In this document: positions 54,381-54,585 of the stretch, piece after piece
Layout of the letters: the number at the start of each line of letters is the position of its first letter
How positions within the stretch are numbered: the first letter of the stretch is position 1
Source of the DNA: Thermaerobacter sp.
Lineage (GTDB): Bacteria; Bacillota; Sulfobacillia; Thermaerobacterales; Thermaerobacteraceae
Length of the DNA stretch: 54,585 nucleotides
Direction of reading: 5' to 3'
Assembly (NCBI GenBank): GCA_036562425.1
Contig: DATCKH010000156.1
Span: forward strand, 1-54,585
Notes under the pieces: generated by a model
Seen by the model: only the letters and a program-made list of their open reading frames with translations
The model's database searches: none
Told to the model about the DNA's origin: nothing
Position numbers and translations under genes: made by a program

Positions 54381-54585
54381 TCACGGGCCTGCCGCGGCAG
54401 GGACGGCGCCGTCCGCGCCGCGCGCTCCGGGCGCCGCGGGGTCCGCCGCCTCCACCCGGTAGCTGTAGGCTTCCAGCACCGGGTTGGCCAGCACCCGCCG
54501 GCACATGGCCTCCACCAGCTGGCGGGCCTCCTCCGCGGACGCGGCCCGCAAGTGCACCTCGATCCGCTTGCCCACCCGCACGTCG
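54381..54585 (-). CDS. purS: phosphoribosylformylglycinamidine synthase subunit PurS, C-terminal part (5' end beyond the window)
   Basis: ..VRVGKRIEVHLRAASAEEARQLVEAMCRRVLANPVLEAYSY.. matches the second half of PurS. The frame is open to the window edge. Confidence 0.8.
   Translation of the reverse strand, partial: DVRVGKRIEVHLRAASAEEARQLVEAMCRRVLANPVLEAYSYRVEAADPAAPGARGADGAVPAAAGP

Overview
This is a 54.6-kb, very GC-rich window (by eye above 70% G+C, not computed). The GC content produces long false 'shadow' ORFs on both strands. Real genes were picked by recognisable protein families plus GGAGG-type Shine-Dalgarno sites; many start with GTG or TTG.

The content is chromosomal core metabolism with Firmicute-style operons. 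It is probably from a high-GC thermophilic Firmicute of the Thermaerobacter/Symbiobacterium type, but that is inference only. About 45 genes are supported:
- a DUF3243 protein, an HTH-less LacI-like protein, an SH3b protein and an orphan response regulator
- rpsD, metY (fused to a CoA-binding domain) and folE
- a Cys-Cys-motif protein divergent from a Cys-less thioredoxin-fold protein
- malate synthase A, a His-rich triple-LysM protein and an Nramp-like transporter
- glcD-glcE-glcF plus a second FAD oxidase
- thiE, a thiS-thiG fusion and thiO
- a PAP2-GDPD fusion, a methyltransferase and a thermonuclease lipoprotein
- a xanthine-dehydrogenase-family small/large/medium-subunit operon and a crotonase
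- three hypothetical genes, a BtuF-like binding protein, an HD protein, moaA, a polysaccharide deacetylase and tetR
- the rib operon (ribD, a ribE-ribBA fusion, ribH) behind an oversized FMN riboswitch
- the pur operon purS(partial)-Q-L-F-M-N-H-D

I found no tRNA or rRNA genes, CRISPR arrays, transposases, integrases or recognisable defence genes. I did not find a self-contained novel multi-gene system.

The points most worth a second look are:
- unusual in-frame fusions: ThiS-ThiG, RibE-RibB-RibA, MetY-CoA-binding and PAP2-GDPD
- the ~310-nt FMN riboswitch, followed by ~325 nt of unexplained leader
- several phased direct-repeat or palindromic regulatory arrays
- the metal-binding-looking LysM protein
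- two long unexplained leaders, one upstream of the transporter and one upstream of the thi operon, which lacks a canonical TPP riboswitch
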